A stretch of 63,771 nucleotides of DNA, filler included, from Octopus bimaculoides (GCF_001194135.2; 9 parts of 8 records of this genome joined end to end with filler, not necessarily neighbours in it), one strand, 5' to 3'; positions 24,621 through 37,625 are shown, counted from the whole stretch's first letter. Made by a program: numbers and translations. The notes: a model not told the origin generated them from the letters alone.

Positions 24621-25504
24621 CACACACACACATAGAGAGAAGCAGTAACAACTTGCAGTCTAACGCTATTTCAAAAAAAAAAAAAAAAAAAACTGCTAGA
24701 AATAACAACCAAATCTCTTAGATTACATACCAGCGATTTAAACTGGGTCGTAACAGAAGATAGCATAGTCCTACGTAACCTTAAAAATACAAGAACGATC
24801 GTATTGGGAAGGTCTTTGACCATATAAGTCGACGGCATCCAAGATTGGTCTAATTTTCGAAGACAAATATCCGCCAAGGCAAAAAATAAAAAAAAATGCT
24901 GAAAGAATAAACGCTTAGCAATGCAAGGGAGATTACTCTTAAGATCTGTTTAGTTATCTCCCTTTGCGTTGATTAAGACAGGACAACTATTTTAAGAGCA
25001 GAATTTTAATGCGGACGAGTCAGTTCATTTCAGGAGTCTGTTAGACCATGCTGAAACGGCCTAAAGACCGTCAGAAACGGGTAACAGAGGGGAGAAAAGG
25101 CAACAGTAATGAACCGACTGAAAAAAACCCCCAGAGGTGTATGTGTTATATTTTGCACAGAATTAAACACACAAAAAGACAGGAAAATGAACTGTAAAAT
25201 ATAATAGGGAGGCGGAAACCTTTGGTCGATCGATCAACCGAAAAAACTGTAAAAACATGTGAATGGTTGAAACAGAATCAGGCAGAACACAATAAATTTT
25301 CTATATTAGTTGAAATCAACTAGTTTTTATTTCACAAAGCCTAAGTGAATTCCAGGCAAAGTGCAAGATGGTTAGGGTTAGGAATGGAGCTAAACTTGCG
25401 TAGATTTTACATAGAGTAAAATTACAATAAAACAATGTTCTTACAAGAAGATAGTGATGAGCGGGATATTTAAATTTGTTCACCTTTTAAAGTGATTTCT
25501 GTGA

Positions 25505-26330
25505 TTGGACTGCGACCAGACCAATTGCTGCAGTCGAATCCTTACGTCGTCAGGGAACCCACTCACGAACGCCAGTCACGCTGCTCTGTCCAGGCCTTCT
25601 CCCGTAAACCCAGCCAGCGTGGTCAGCCTCCGCACCTCCGCCACATATTCATCCACCTGCTCTCCCGTCCATCTAATTGTTCCCAGTTTAATAAAGGCTG
25701 TATACACACACCCGGTGTAAGCCTCTCTCAAACGTCGCTCAATCTTCTCCTCGCTCAGTCCTTCTTCTTCGTCCATCTCGAAATATAGAGTCAATGCGCT
25801 CCCTTCCAAATATAGTGCCATAAGTCGCTAATGCCTTGCAATCTCGCCACAAGCCTGATTTTACACATCCAGGCCACTACATCGCCCCCACCATTAAAGG
25901 GCCTGATAATGTCGCTAGCGATCCTAATTTTAGCTGCCGAAATAGCTTGTAAAGAATGCGGGAGATTAGAGGTAAGACACCTACCTTTTCTTCGTTGGCG
26001 CAGACCTGTCGTGTGGTAACGTATCCTTCCACGCGGTGGCCCATCCCGAAATGCTAAAAATAGCAGCTGCATTCCCTCACCTTGACGAAGTACTGACACG
26101 TCCTGCACTCACGGCTTCCCCAATCGAAAAGGACGCAATTTCTCCCCACCTGTGCGCGTGTCATCTCCGCGCCCTTCCTCTTCCGGTCGGCTCCCAAGTT
26201 CCAGTCAGCTCCCCAGCCGCTGATGTCATCCCACAGTTCATTTATTTATTTCAGCACCTCAGACGACCCTTTAAAGGTTTTCCACGAACCCATGGAATGA
26301 AGTGAAGTAGGCATCCTCAAACAGGACACA
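25505..26330 (-). mobile_element. Gypsy-type LTR retrotransposon remnant (gag 25505-25910 plus upstream leader)
   Basis: DIIRPFNGGGDVVAWMCKIRLVARL / LYLEGSALTLYFEM..WTGEQVDEYVAEVRRLTTLAGFTGEGLD..LAFVSGFPD with one frameshift. Confidence 0.7.
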
Positions 26331-26364
26331 TTCTCCGAATACTTACAAATGGGGGAACATTGCT

Positions 26365-26530
26365 GAAACCACCATGCTGGAGCACCGCCTTTTCCATCCA
26401 CCAAATCCACTCACAAGGCTTTTGTCTCCCTGGGGTTATAGTAGAAGACACTTGCCCAAGGTGCCACGTAGTGGGACTGAACCCGGAACCATGTGATTGG
26501 GAAGCAAACTTCTTACCACGCAGCCATAGC
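26365..26530 (-). mobile_element. SINE family B, internally deleted
   Basis: catgctggagcaccgcc joined to ccaaatccactcacaaggc...gggactgaacccggaaccatgtg...accacgcagcc. Confidence 0.85.
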
Positions 26531-27008
26531 TGCGCCCATTGTAATCCTATATCATATGATTTTTTTTAAACATCGAATGATTATGAGGTCCCACTCAAGG
26601 AAAGTAGGAATCAAGGGGCCAGTGGTAAAGAACTGTTGAGAAACACTGGGCTACAGCGACCATGAGTATGGAAAGCGTCTGACTGCCCCCGTCTGTCCGC
26701 ACATCAGGCAACGTCACCGGTCATGGCGTTAAAACTGGGTGATATGTAATGTGTTAAAGGTAGAAATCTTTGCCTATATCCAGCAATAAGGGCCAGTGCT
26801 CAGAGCCCTTTGCAGCAATGAAATACAAAGCCAGAAATAAACGGAGTTTAAAGGTCCATAGGAAAGTGGGAAACGAGAATGATGGAGTTGGAAATGCCAC
26901 AAGAAGAGTTACTTCCCTTGAAGTACTATGTCTGTCAAATATACTCCCATTCATATCTGTATAAATATATGCACGGATGTGTAGGTGTGACACACACGCA
27001 CACACACA

Positions 27009-27042
<34 letters not shown>

Positions 27043-27059
27043 CATACATGCGTAAACAC

Positions 27060-27440
27060 ACTGCATAAATACCAATCTTGAGAAATTAGAATTCTCAAAA
27101 CCAGAAAGGAGAAAGCTGATTTGAAGACTACAGATCCAATCCATCACTGGAACTGTAAAAATCTGTAAAACTTTTCAGAAGTTTATCATTTAAATATATA
27201 TGAGCATGTCTAGATATGCAACTATATGTATGAGAAGACATATACACAAAGCAAAGCATACAAATCTACACATATACATACATACATAAAACATGCAAAT
27301 CTGCACATACATACACAAGAATTCCCTGTTGTTGATGTTGAAATTGTAATGAAGGAGCCTTGGATCTAGGGTAGAAACCGGCTCTTTCTCTATTGGCAAG
27401 AAATCTTGAAATAAAACTGAACAATGACATACAAACATAC
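27060..27440 (+). mobile_element. REL-type LINE 3' end flanked by (CATA)n
   Basis: TNLEKLEFSKPERRKLI*RLQIQSITGTVKICKTFQKFII* (27071-27193), then 3' UTR ending ...aactgaacaatgacatacaaacatac. Confidence 0.65.
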
Positions 27441-27454
27441 ATATATATATATAG

Positions 27455-27670
27455 GGTGAAAAACTAGAGGTAGTCGATAGCTTCCGCTATCTGGGCGACC
27501 AAGTTAGTAGTGGGGGTGGGTGCGCTGAAAGTGTAGCTGCTAGAATAAGAATAGCCTGGGCAAAGTTTAGAGAGCTCTTACCCCTGCTGGCGACAAAGGG
27601 ACTCTCACTCAGAGTAAAAGGCAGACTGTATGACGCATGCGTACGAACAACCATGCTACATGGCAGTGAA
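27455..27670 (+). mobile_element. RTE LINE RT fragment, uninterrupted frame, cut by gap
   Basis: GEKLEVVDSFRYLGDQVSSGGGCAESVAARIRIAWAKFRELLPLLATKGLSLRVKGRLYDACVRTTMLHGSE (72 codons). Confidence 0.9.
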
Positions 27671-27770
27671 NNNNNNNNNNNNNNNNNNNNNNNNNNNNNN
27701 NNNNNNNNNNNNNNTTAATTAATTAANNNNNNNNNNNNNNNNNNNNNNNNNNNNNNNNNNNNNNNNNNNN

Positions 27771-27932
27771 GCGTGACACCGGGGTGTCATTGCCGACGTT
27801 GATATCTCGGAGGTGTTCCGCGAATCGGTCGGCCAGGCGGCGCCCCGTTTGTCCGATGTACAGGGATTGGCAGAGAGAGCAGGAGAGGCAATATATGATG
27901 TTGGTAGACGTGCAGGTGAAGGAGTCGGTGAT
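27771..27932 (-). mobile_element. Penelope-like element GIY-YIG endonuclease fragment
   Basis: ITDSFTCTSTNIIYCLSCSLCQSLYIGQTGRRLADRFAEHLRDINVGNDTPVSR. Confidence 0.9.
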
Positions 27933-27933
27933 G

Positions 27934-27967
<34 letters not shown>

Positions 27968-29708
27968 TTAGGGAAAAGAACCAAGGTTCATGAACTCAGC
28001 GATGAAAATCCAGTCACATATAGAAAAATTAATAATTAAAAGCACAATAAATGAGTATAATAATGATTTTATCCCTAATATCATATATATATAAATAGGC
28101 CACTTACCCTAGTTATTACCTCCTCCTAACCATAAATATCTCCTTAATTTTCCTACGGAATAAATTCTTTTCATTGTTTTTACAAATTTCACATTCCTAT
28201 TTAAAAATATTTTGGACCATTTTCATTCCTAACTGTCTTATTTCCTAAATGTTCGAATAGGTTTCTCTCTTAATATTTGTTCCATAATATTCATGTTTTA
28301 AAATCTAGTATGTACTGTCTTAAGCTTTTTAGGGCCCCTTACAACCTACACTATTTTCCCATTCATTTATTTATCTTACCCTGTATAATGGTCTTAATAG
28401 TCTTTTGTATTTCAATTTCAACTAACCAGTTATATCGAACGTTGCACCTTGACCTATTTCACTTCGGACAGCAGGTGGAAGGGCTTAACCACCTAATAGT
28501 AATTAAAATATTTATATATAATTGATTAGCACTTTATTATTATAAAAACTATTAATTAGTACAATAAACATGATTATTAAAAATTATTATGATTAATTTA
28601 AAACCTTATTGTATCTTAACCCCTTCTCCAACTAAAACCTATTGGCGTATCCCACTATTATTTTTTATTTTTATATTATTTATCCATCCTATCCCCTCGT
28701 ACAAAGGATTAATTCACCAAATACCAATTTAAGCTTAGTCATTTACTTAATGTCCCGAAGAGATACACAAGCAAAATAGTATGATTACAACCATATTCAA
28801 CTTTTGCTTTTTCTACTCTAGGCTCTACTTTTTTAAAAATTTATTCTTCACTCTGATGAAGTTCCATGTTTCAGATCGGTTTTATTACTAAATATGATAA
28901 ATATTTAGCATATGAATGACAATACCATACATCATTGAAAGTAGAAACAACTGTTAGATGGGATGCAGTCTATTTGTATTGAATTAATAAATGATAATTA
29001 ATGTAAGTCAATTGTTGTTCATCAATATTTCTTCATTTTCTGCTTTCTTTGTATATATATATGTAACGCCTGGATCCTTTATTTGATCATGGCATTCTCT
29101 TCATGCAGTTCCAGTGTTGTAATATATGTGTGCTATACATTATAATCCAAAGGGAGTGGTTAGTGTTATTGCAATTTTGCTCGTCATCGTACTTTTTCTG
29201 TTGCCTAATGCGATGTCATGGCAAGATGAGCCTAATCTAATTTATTTTCATATTGGTGCTGGTAATAACGTTTTATAGCTTCAACTTAGATTCTGCTTAG
29301 ACTTCCATTATAATTCAATTCACGTCTTTTATACGTCTCATTCCAATACATCGGGTAGATATAATTCGTCCCAGAGGAAAAGCAATGTCATCCTGAGTGG
29401 TATTTGAACTCAGAATGTAAGGAACGTAACTGAATTCTACAGTTATTTCGTCGGATTCGTAGTGATTTATTCGTAAATATACAGCCCTCAATATATTAGT
29501 TTTTAGTATAATTGTCGTTGCTTTTTGGGTAGCAATGGTTATAATAGTAGTAGTAATAATAGTAGTAGTAGTAGAAGCAGCAGTAGCAGCAGTAATAATA
29601 GTAATATTTCTTGTTTAATCTGAGCTCAGCCCTCATCAGGCAGACCTATCATTAAAGAAGTTTCTAACATGATTACACATCTTTCTTTTACATAACTAGG
29701 ACAACATA

Positions 29709-29837
29709 CCGCAGAGGTCGACTTTGCCTTTCATCCTTTCGTCGTCGATAAATTAAGTACCAGTTGCATACTGGGGTCGATCTTATCGACTGGTCCCTCC
29801 CCCAAAATTTCGAGCCTTGTGCCTGGAGTAGAAAAGA
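29709..29837 (+). mobile_element. 5'-truncated SINE family A with perfect 17-bp TSD
   Basis: ataactaggacaacata at 29692-29708 and 29838-29854; inserted into an older reverse SINE-tail copy. Confidence 0.95.
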
Positions 29838-30014
29838 ATAACTAGGACAACATAATCCAACGTGTACTTTGAATTATAAGACGTTAGGATACGATTTCAG
29901 AAGGCTTCCGTTTTATTCACTGAAGTCAAACCACTGTGTAGAGGCACTCTCATTGGCACCTGTCTTTTAGTATTACTAGATGTGAAGGTGGTGGTGATAA
30001 CAGTCCTTTCTTCT

Positions 30015-30432
30015 ATAGGCAAAAGGCGTGGAATCTTCAAGGAGGTGCCAGTCGATTACATCAACCTCAGTACTCAACTGGTACTTATTTCATGACCCTG
30101 AAAGAATGTAAGACAAAGTCAACCTCGGCGGAATTTGAACTCATCACTTAGAGACGGACGAGATGCTGCTAAGCATTTTGCTCGGTGTGACAACGATTCT
30201 GCCAGCTCACAGTTTCAAATATTGACACAAGGCCAACAATGTCGGTGGAGCGCGTAAGCCGATTACATCAACCTCATCGCTCAACTGGAAATTAATTGTT
30301 TGCCTTCCATCTTCTCTGGGTCGAGAAGATGAAAGGTAAAGTTGACCTCAGCGGAATTTGAACTGAAAACGAAGAGACAGACGAAAAGCGCTAAGCACTA
30401 TGTCTGGCGTGCTTACGATTCTGCCAGCTCGC
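30015..30432 (-). mobile_element. Two SINE family A copies
   Basis: aaagtcaacctcggcggaatttgaactc..gattctgccagctc at about 30115-30210 and 30335-30432. Confidence 0.8.
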
Positions 30433-30959
30433 CCTCTTTAAAGATGGTGATAATTATATATGTGTTTGACTGTATTATTGTTGTTGTTGGATGGTATTAC
30501 TCTTGTTATTGGTTGCAGTGTAAGTGGTGGCGCAGTAAGAATATTGTGTTAAAAGCTGATGGTGCTGGCGCTGCTGGCGCTGCTGGCGCTGCTGATGGTG
30601 CTATGGATGTTGTCCATGGTGGCTTGGGCTTTGAATTTCTTAGTGATTGATAAGGTCTTAGGTGGTATTCAAGTTGTTGATTTCATTGTTATTACTATTG
30701 TTACTTGTTCTAGTTGTTGTCGTTGCTTTTTAGCATTGATGACAGTGCTCTGGGTTAATGATGCAGTTAGTTATAGCTAGTTTGTCGGTGTATTAGTAGT
30801 AGCTGTAATAGTGACAGTGGTGTTCGTGGTAGTAATAGTAGTAGTTGTAGTATTTATAGTAGTGGTAGGGGTGGTGGTGGAAGTGAACAGTGAGTTGTTC
30901 ATCATATAGATGATACTGAAGAGATACAGGGCTGTTATATTCCGTCGGTCTTACAATAA

Positions 30960-30963
30960 AAGT

Positions 30964-31021
<58 letters not shown>
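30960..31021. repeat. (CTA)n microsatellite within a long (AGT/GGT)-rich simple-repeat tract (about 30730-31200)
   Basis: Direct observation. Confidence 0.95.
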
Positions 31022-31735
31022 GACGGTAAATTTGTACTAGCTGCTTAGGAATCTGTAATATTCTAATAGTGTTAGAAGTCTTGTTAAAGATGGAGGCGAT
31101 AATGATTAATTTATTCCTATAGTTGTAGTAGCAGTGGTAATAGTAGTGGTTGTTGTCATTTATGGCAGCCTTAAGTGAGAGAAGAGTAGTGGTGGTGGTG
31201 TTGTTTGGCTTGTGTTGGTTTCGAATGCAGCAAGAGACAGAAAGAGCAATTTATCAACGACATGTACAAGTTTAGAGTAGCAACTCAGACGTGAGATTCA
31301 TACTTAAAAGACTGGGGATTATGGGAAAACACACACGCGCACTAGTACACACGCATACTTAGTGCTACAATCACTGAAAATCACACACACATGCGCATGT
31401 AGTTATACATACAACCAGAAATATTTACATTCATATATAAACACAATAGCATATAATTCCCCACACATTTTCGGTCACACCTATTCACAAACACATTCTT
31501 ACAATTTCTATTTCCACTCTTCTTGTCACACACAAATATTCATATACAAATACACACAGACACACAGACAGACGCAACCGTCCGCATGCACATACTGTAA
31601 TATAACAGCAAGGCAGAAAAGTAGTGATGCACTAGTAGATTCAAGCATACACATATACTCACACGTAAAACGCACAAGCAAAGAAGTACAGACATACACT
31701 CAGATACGTATATATATATACATATATACATACAA

Positions 31736-31799
<64 letters not shown>

Positions 31800-32944
31800 G
31801 CACGTAAAATCAGATAAATGTACATAGATTGCTGTCTTCATATAATCTCCCCCCAAAAAATACACATACATAATTCTGAATGCAGAAACTTCATACATTC
31901 GTAGGAATACAATCAATGGCCAATGCAGAATCTCCGTTGCTGATATACAAAAATATATACAAAAACGCACTCTAGCACTTGTATATGTGTCCTGTGGTAA
32001 ATATATTCGGGGTAGTTTTAGAAAAAAAAAATGCAATCTTGGATCGAATCCCGTTCCTACTCATATAAACCATAGATATTCATTGTTTAAGTATGAACAT
32101 CACAACTTTAATCCTCCTATCAGCTAAAGCAATATCGCTGACAACTTACAGATGCCCCTTATTGACTTTTGCATACAAGAGATATATGTAGTTTGTATGT
32201 GTGCATGTGTATACATGTGTATAGTTGTTTATGTGACTGCGTGTGTGTATGTACTATGTACAAGTACTGACATTCCGGCCGTTTCACTTCAGGACATTTC
32301 ATGATCATTTCGATTATCTCACTTCCTAATTAGGAGCTTGTCTTGTCTGTCACTAGGCAATTGTTTTACCTTCTCTGAAAGTGGAGATAATTTTAAAGAA
32401 ATCTAGATTATATCTTCTTTAGTATGGCATTGACAATTTAGAGATATTTCTCGGTTCATATTTTTATTTGAATTATGAAAATCGAAAGGAAAACTTTTCT
32501 TCTTTCAACGCCTGAGAGTACACTGGCGCTTCAAATAAAACTGTACAGACAAATTTTTCAATCGACGCTGTTTCGCATTCTTCTACTTAATCAATTCCAT
32601 CTTGATCGAGTTTGGCGCGTATCAGCAAATTTACTATTTTTTGGCCAAATATAAGAGTTACTGTTGTTTAATGGGCTCTGAATGACAAATTTCGTTTTAG
32701 TAGCTCATGGAACGTAACGACGCAGAAACGCATGCTCCGATGGCGTTATTCATACCCCAGTACTGCTTTTATTTTCACACGTCAGCTGTAGGAGAAATTT
32801 ACTCCCGAGAGAATTTCCGCAGCGGAGGTCTTTCCACGTTTGAATGTCCATGAACGTGCTAAATCTAATTGCAGAAACGCACAAAACACATATATCAATT
32901 ATTCCTTTACTGAAAAAGAGACTATTCACAAAATTTGTTTCAAA

Positions 32945-33130
32945 TTTTGGCACAACGCCAGCAATGTTTGGAAAGGGCGCAAGTCGATTAACTGGTACTT
33001 ATTTCAACGATCCTGAAAGGATGAAGGGCATAGTCGACCCTGGCAGAATTTGAATACAGAACGTTAACACGGACGAAATACCGCTAAGCATTTAGTCCGG
33101 CGCGCCAACGATATTTCCAGTTCGCCACTT
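32945..33130 (-). mobile_element. SINE family A
   Basis: gtcgattaactggtacttattt..gaaaggatgaagggcatagtcgacc..gaatttgaa..gacgaaataccgctaagc. Confidence 0.8.
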
Positions 33131-34161
33131 TGTCTTTTCACTTTATTAAGATATGTTTTTAAAAAAAAGTATAACTATTTCATATTTATTCTTTAATGAA
33201 AATATGATGTTCATTAACATCAAGACATAATTTAGACTGTATCATTTTAATTATACTGTCAATAAACGTTTTCAATAATGCGGACTCCAGTTTGTTCAAA
33301 TTTCCCTGAATTGCAAATAAAGATTCATTACTTTTTAAAGTTCTATATCTCTTGATTTAATGATGCGCCATAAAGTTTAAACAAGGTTCAAATCTTCGAA
33401 CTGTAAGGTCAAAACCAATCCTCAGTTTTATGATCTAGGAGAAACAGTTTGGCTAATTTCAAAGAATTTGAAGCAATATAAGGATATTGGCACATTGTCA
33501 ATCTGGGAAGAGTAGAATATTGTAATATATGGCAGATGCATTTCATAAGATATATTTGTTGCAATATTGTTCGGTGACATTTTCATTGAGGAGAATTTAG
33601 TACGCTGTCATTTTGTTAAGTAAAATATTCTTACATTGTTATGCCAATAATTCTAAATTTTAACTTACATACACATCCGAAAAACTACATGTCTGTGTAT
33701 GCTTAATTGTTTACATGTTTCAAGTTTCTAACGCAAAACTCCCTAGTTTATTGTAGTTCTGGCAGTGAGAGTGTCAACGTAATAGTTATAATTTGGACAG
33801 AAGAGACATTGCAAGGTAACTGGTTCGACATAAACCACTTTTCGGTTTAGTACCGATTTTTGTGTGTATCGAGAAAAGAAATACACATGCGCAGGCAAAT
33901 ATACTTACACGCATGCGCACATACACACACACACTCACGCACATACACACGTGCACGCGCACGCACATATACACACGCATACGCACACAGAAACATACAC
34001 ACAGGTTAAAGATATTGTCCTCTTTAGTTGTTTAGTGGAACCAACTGTTGAAACAAACCTGAAAGAATCAGATGTAACAGCATCCCACCACCACAAATAT
34101 ACATATATATATATATATATATATGGCCTTGTTTTTTTTATCTCATTACGAAAAGTAAATC

Positions 34162-34208
<47 letters not shown>

Positions 34209-34822
34209 ATATATAAATTATAGTTAGAATGGAGACATAAGGCATAAGGGTGGAAAACCACAGGAACAATACCGCATATCCAACAAAAGATTAAATATAT
34301 ATGTGCGTGCATATCACCCTAGAATCAATAATTAACATAGTTTTAAGTATCTAAAATGTCTAATATACAAATAATAGTAAGATAAGATAAAGGTATACAG
34401 GCATATACAAGGCCATAAACTTCAGAAATATCATGAATGTTTAAAATATTTATTTTAAAATATTTATAAACAAGCATAGCTTCCAAGTTGTATAAAAATG
34501 TTTAACAATTTAAGACAGTATATTACGATATATATAGAAACGTTCAGTATTATATAACAAATAGTGGGTAAATATATACGATATGATATGATATGATATT
34601 ACAAAATTTATACGTATTATATTATAAAGACGTGCACATTACAAAAGAATATATATATATACTATATCAAAAGAACCTGTACAATACAGAGGTAATGTTA
34701 AAAGTCTCCATCTATGGGCCGTTTCTGACATGTGTCTTACAATATGGTATAGTACTCATAATTAGACACTCCCTTCATCAGACTGAACATCCCGATGAAG
34801 GGAGTGTCTAATTATTTCTAAT

Positions 34823-35250
34823 ATGAGTACACACATGGCTCTAGTAACACAGAAATGGAAGCCTGAAAATTTTCATGATCACATAAACCCTAACATTTGG
34901 TCTCCTAATTCCCTAGATCTCAATCCACTGGACTATTACATGTGCAGCGTTGTTGAGAGAAAAGTCAATGAACATGCCCATAACACCAAAGATACTTTGA
35001 AAGCTGCCATAGTTGGAATAATGTCCAATATGAACCAGGACCACTTGATTCGAGCATGTAGGTGATTTAGATCTCATATAGAAGCAGTTGACGAAGGAAG
35101 CTGAAGTTGGTTTTATTGAATAACATTATAAAAAAGGTCTATTTTTATCCTCATAACATTTTTGATAAATAAATTTATGATCTGTTATTATATATCTGTT
35201 TTTTGCAAACATAAATCTGTTCTCAAATATCTTCTTCACAAGACACTGTA
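34823..35250 (+). mobile_element. maT/DD37D-like transposon 3' fragment (same family as 19950-21157)
   Basis: TQKWKPENFHDHINPNIWSPNSLDLNPLDYYMCSVVERKVNEHAHNTKDTLKAAIV. Confidence 0.85.
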
Positions 35251-35396
35251 CCTCAGTTAAAAAGATGATTTTTTTGCATGTGTTGTGCATATACATATAC
35301 GTGTGTGTGTGTGTGTGTGTGTTAAATAAAATAAAACAATAAAGCCAAGGCAGTGTGAAAAAATAATTTCTAGGACATTTTATAAATAGAAGAGTA

Positions 35397-35444
35397 GTCT
35401 TACAACTGTTACAAGGCTATAAAAGATATCCCATCATCAGAGAC
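35397..35444 (-). ncRNA. Decayed type I hammerhead (GAAA>GTAA)
   Basis: Minus strand gtct CTGATGA ... GTAA cagttg TA agac. Confidence 0.5.
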
Positions 35445-35588
35445 GATATGAGAGAGTTAAATTGAAGGAAATAATAGAGCTCACTCAATATAAGAAGTTA
35501 TTCGGGAAAAGGAGATGCATAGGAAGTATAAAGGAAAATGTAAGAATAAAAATAATAAAGATATATNNNNNNNNNNATAACCATTTAA

Positions 35589-35860
35589 TAACCATTTTTC
35601 ATCTTTCGGGCTAAAACATAAGGCCAATTGTACATCCTTATCTAGCAAGATTTGGGAACTAAAGGAAAGCAGAATTGAATTTAGCCTTAAATGGGATATT
35701 ATAAGGAAAGCGCAGCCTTATAGAGATAGTCGTTACGGGTCGAGATTTGCTCTATGGAAACTTATGTAATTTTTTATGTATAGGGACAAGAGCAACCTGG
35801 TTAATAATAGATTAGACCTAATGGTATCATGCGTACATAGGGTCACTCGTACATTTTAAT
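35589..35860 (+). mobile_element. PLE GIY-YIG fragment of the 49968-51152 type
   Basis: FNNHFSSFGLKHKANCTSLSSKIWELKESRIEFSLKWDIIRKAQPY...RLDLMVSCVHR. Confidence 0.75.
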
Positions 35861-36903
35861 ATTTTCGAAATTAGCGTTTGCAGGTACTGCACTTGAACCT
35901 GGATAAGGTAAATTAATTTTAGTGTCGTATATGATGTGAACTTACCCACTAATATTATATATGATAAGTTATATATATTTTCTTACTATTCTCTATAATT
36001 TCTTATTATTGTGTTTTCTTATTTTGATATCTTTACCTATTAACCTCTTATCTCTTATAAGTTATTAATGTTCTGAAAGAGAAATATAAACTTTCTAGTT
36101 ACTTAAGTCTAGAAGAGTTGATTATAACATACCCATAATAAAGCACAAATATTTGTGTATATTTGCATGTGTGCACATAGTTAAATATGTGTATGTATCT
36201 GTGCAAACTTATTTTTCTGATTTTTTTCTGATTCTTAGCTTACAATTAATATAATAATATTTACTTATTCCATAAGTAAATACCCAGAGCAATCTTTATA
36301 GAAACAACCTTATAAGCAAATTATTAAGTACAGGAATGAATATTAAACTAATTCTATGTAATCTTCCCTTTCTAATGTTGAAATTTGGTATATATACACA
36401 GTTAATCTTTTCTGGTTATAATATCATTTTTAGTAATATTAAATTTATCTTCATACAATATAACAATATTGTTTATATACAATTATCCATTGAACCTCAT
36501 GATAATTTCCTCAACATCAACATCTTGCCACTTTAACTGGTAATTAACATCTTGATTTAGGGTCTTCTCCTACCCAGCCTCCTTTATATAGACAGTTACT
36601 TACACATTTCCTAAAATCCTGATAATATTTATGACCTTACCCAACTATAAACTCTCAACTCACTCCGTCTATCCATTCTAAACAGACACTATACTCTAGC
36701 CTTAGATTTAGTAGTTGACAAAAAAGACTAAGAAATTAAAAATGAATCACAATCTGTTACAAGCTATGACCCTAACAAACTTCATACAGTTCTTAGAAGT
36801 CTAGTATATTTTGAGCTACATTAGTAGAAACATGGACTTTTCCCCTCTTCTTGCTCTATTAGAGAATTTAAGTAAAATTATATCAAAAAATTCTATTTAT
36901 TTA

Positions 36904-36989
36904 TACAGCTAAGGATAGCCCTGCATTTAAATTGATGTAATGATTGCATTGTTCAATTAAATGGAACCGCTTGAAACGGTCGTATTGCA
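36904..36989 (+). ncRNA. Decayed copy of the long-stem-II hammerhead family
   Basis: tacag CTAAGGA ... GAAA cggtcg TA ttgca; stem II interior nearly identical to the 51426 copy. Confidence 0.55.
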
Positions 36990-37271
36990 TAATCTCGATA
37001 TCCTATTGCTTATTTTGATATTATATACATATATGTATATACAAGCATATATTCGCACAAATTCATTCATACGCAAGCATACATACACTACTCATACACA
37101 CACTCAACCTCACGCAAGTACACACCTACGCACACAAGGGACTGGAATACTTACAGTCTTTGTTTTCTAAATTCCACTCAGAATGGCTTATCAGTCTGAG
37201 CTAAGTGTAGATAACACTTGCTAAATGCTTAGTGTACTAAATCGAACCTGGAGCAAAAAGCCCCTTTAAAC

Positions 37272-37625
37272 CAGGTGTTCTCAACCATGTTTTTTTTTAT
37301 CTAGGGACCCATTTGATTACTCTTTTATTCTGGTGGACCTCCATAGCCGTTCGGTGTTTAAAAAGTGGCTTTATAGAAATTTCTTTTAAAATTCCTGTAT
37401 TGTTTCTTACACATTAATTTGTGTAAGTTGAACTATGTAAAATGTTAGAGAAAGGAGCCTAGCTGTTTCTTGCAATACATACCAATACATACATGTAAAG
37501 CAAATTCTTTTCAACGGCCCTTAAACTACTATTGTGGATTCCCAATTAACTGTTTTGTTGTGTGGACCACCAAAAATCTTACATGGACCTTCAAGGGCCA
37601 TATGGACCCCGGTTGAGAACCACTG
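37272..37625. mobile_element. hAT (Charlie-like) MITE
   Basis: TIR caggtgttctcaacc / ggttgagaaccactg; 8-bp flanks ctttaaac / atctaaac. Confidence 0.8.

Noticed and set aside
25371-25382. GGTTAGGGTTAGG telomere-like motif
   Set aside because: Only two units; uninformative.
30555-30600. GAAGAAGAA-coding 9-bp repeat (gctggcgct)n
   Set aside because: Lies in a simple-repeat tract with no splice signals or extended ORF.
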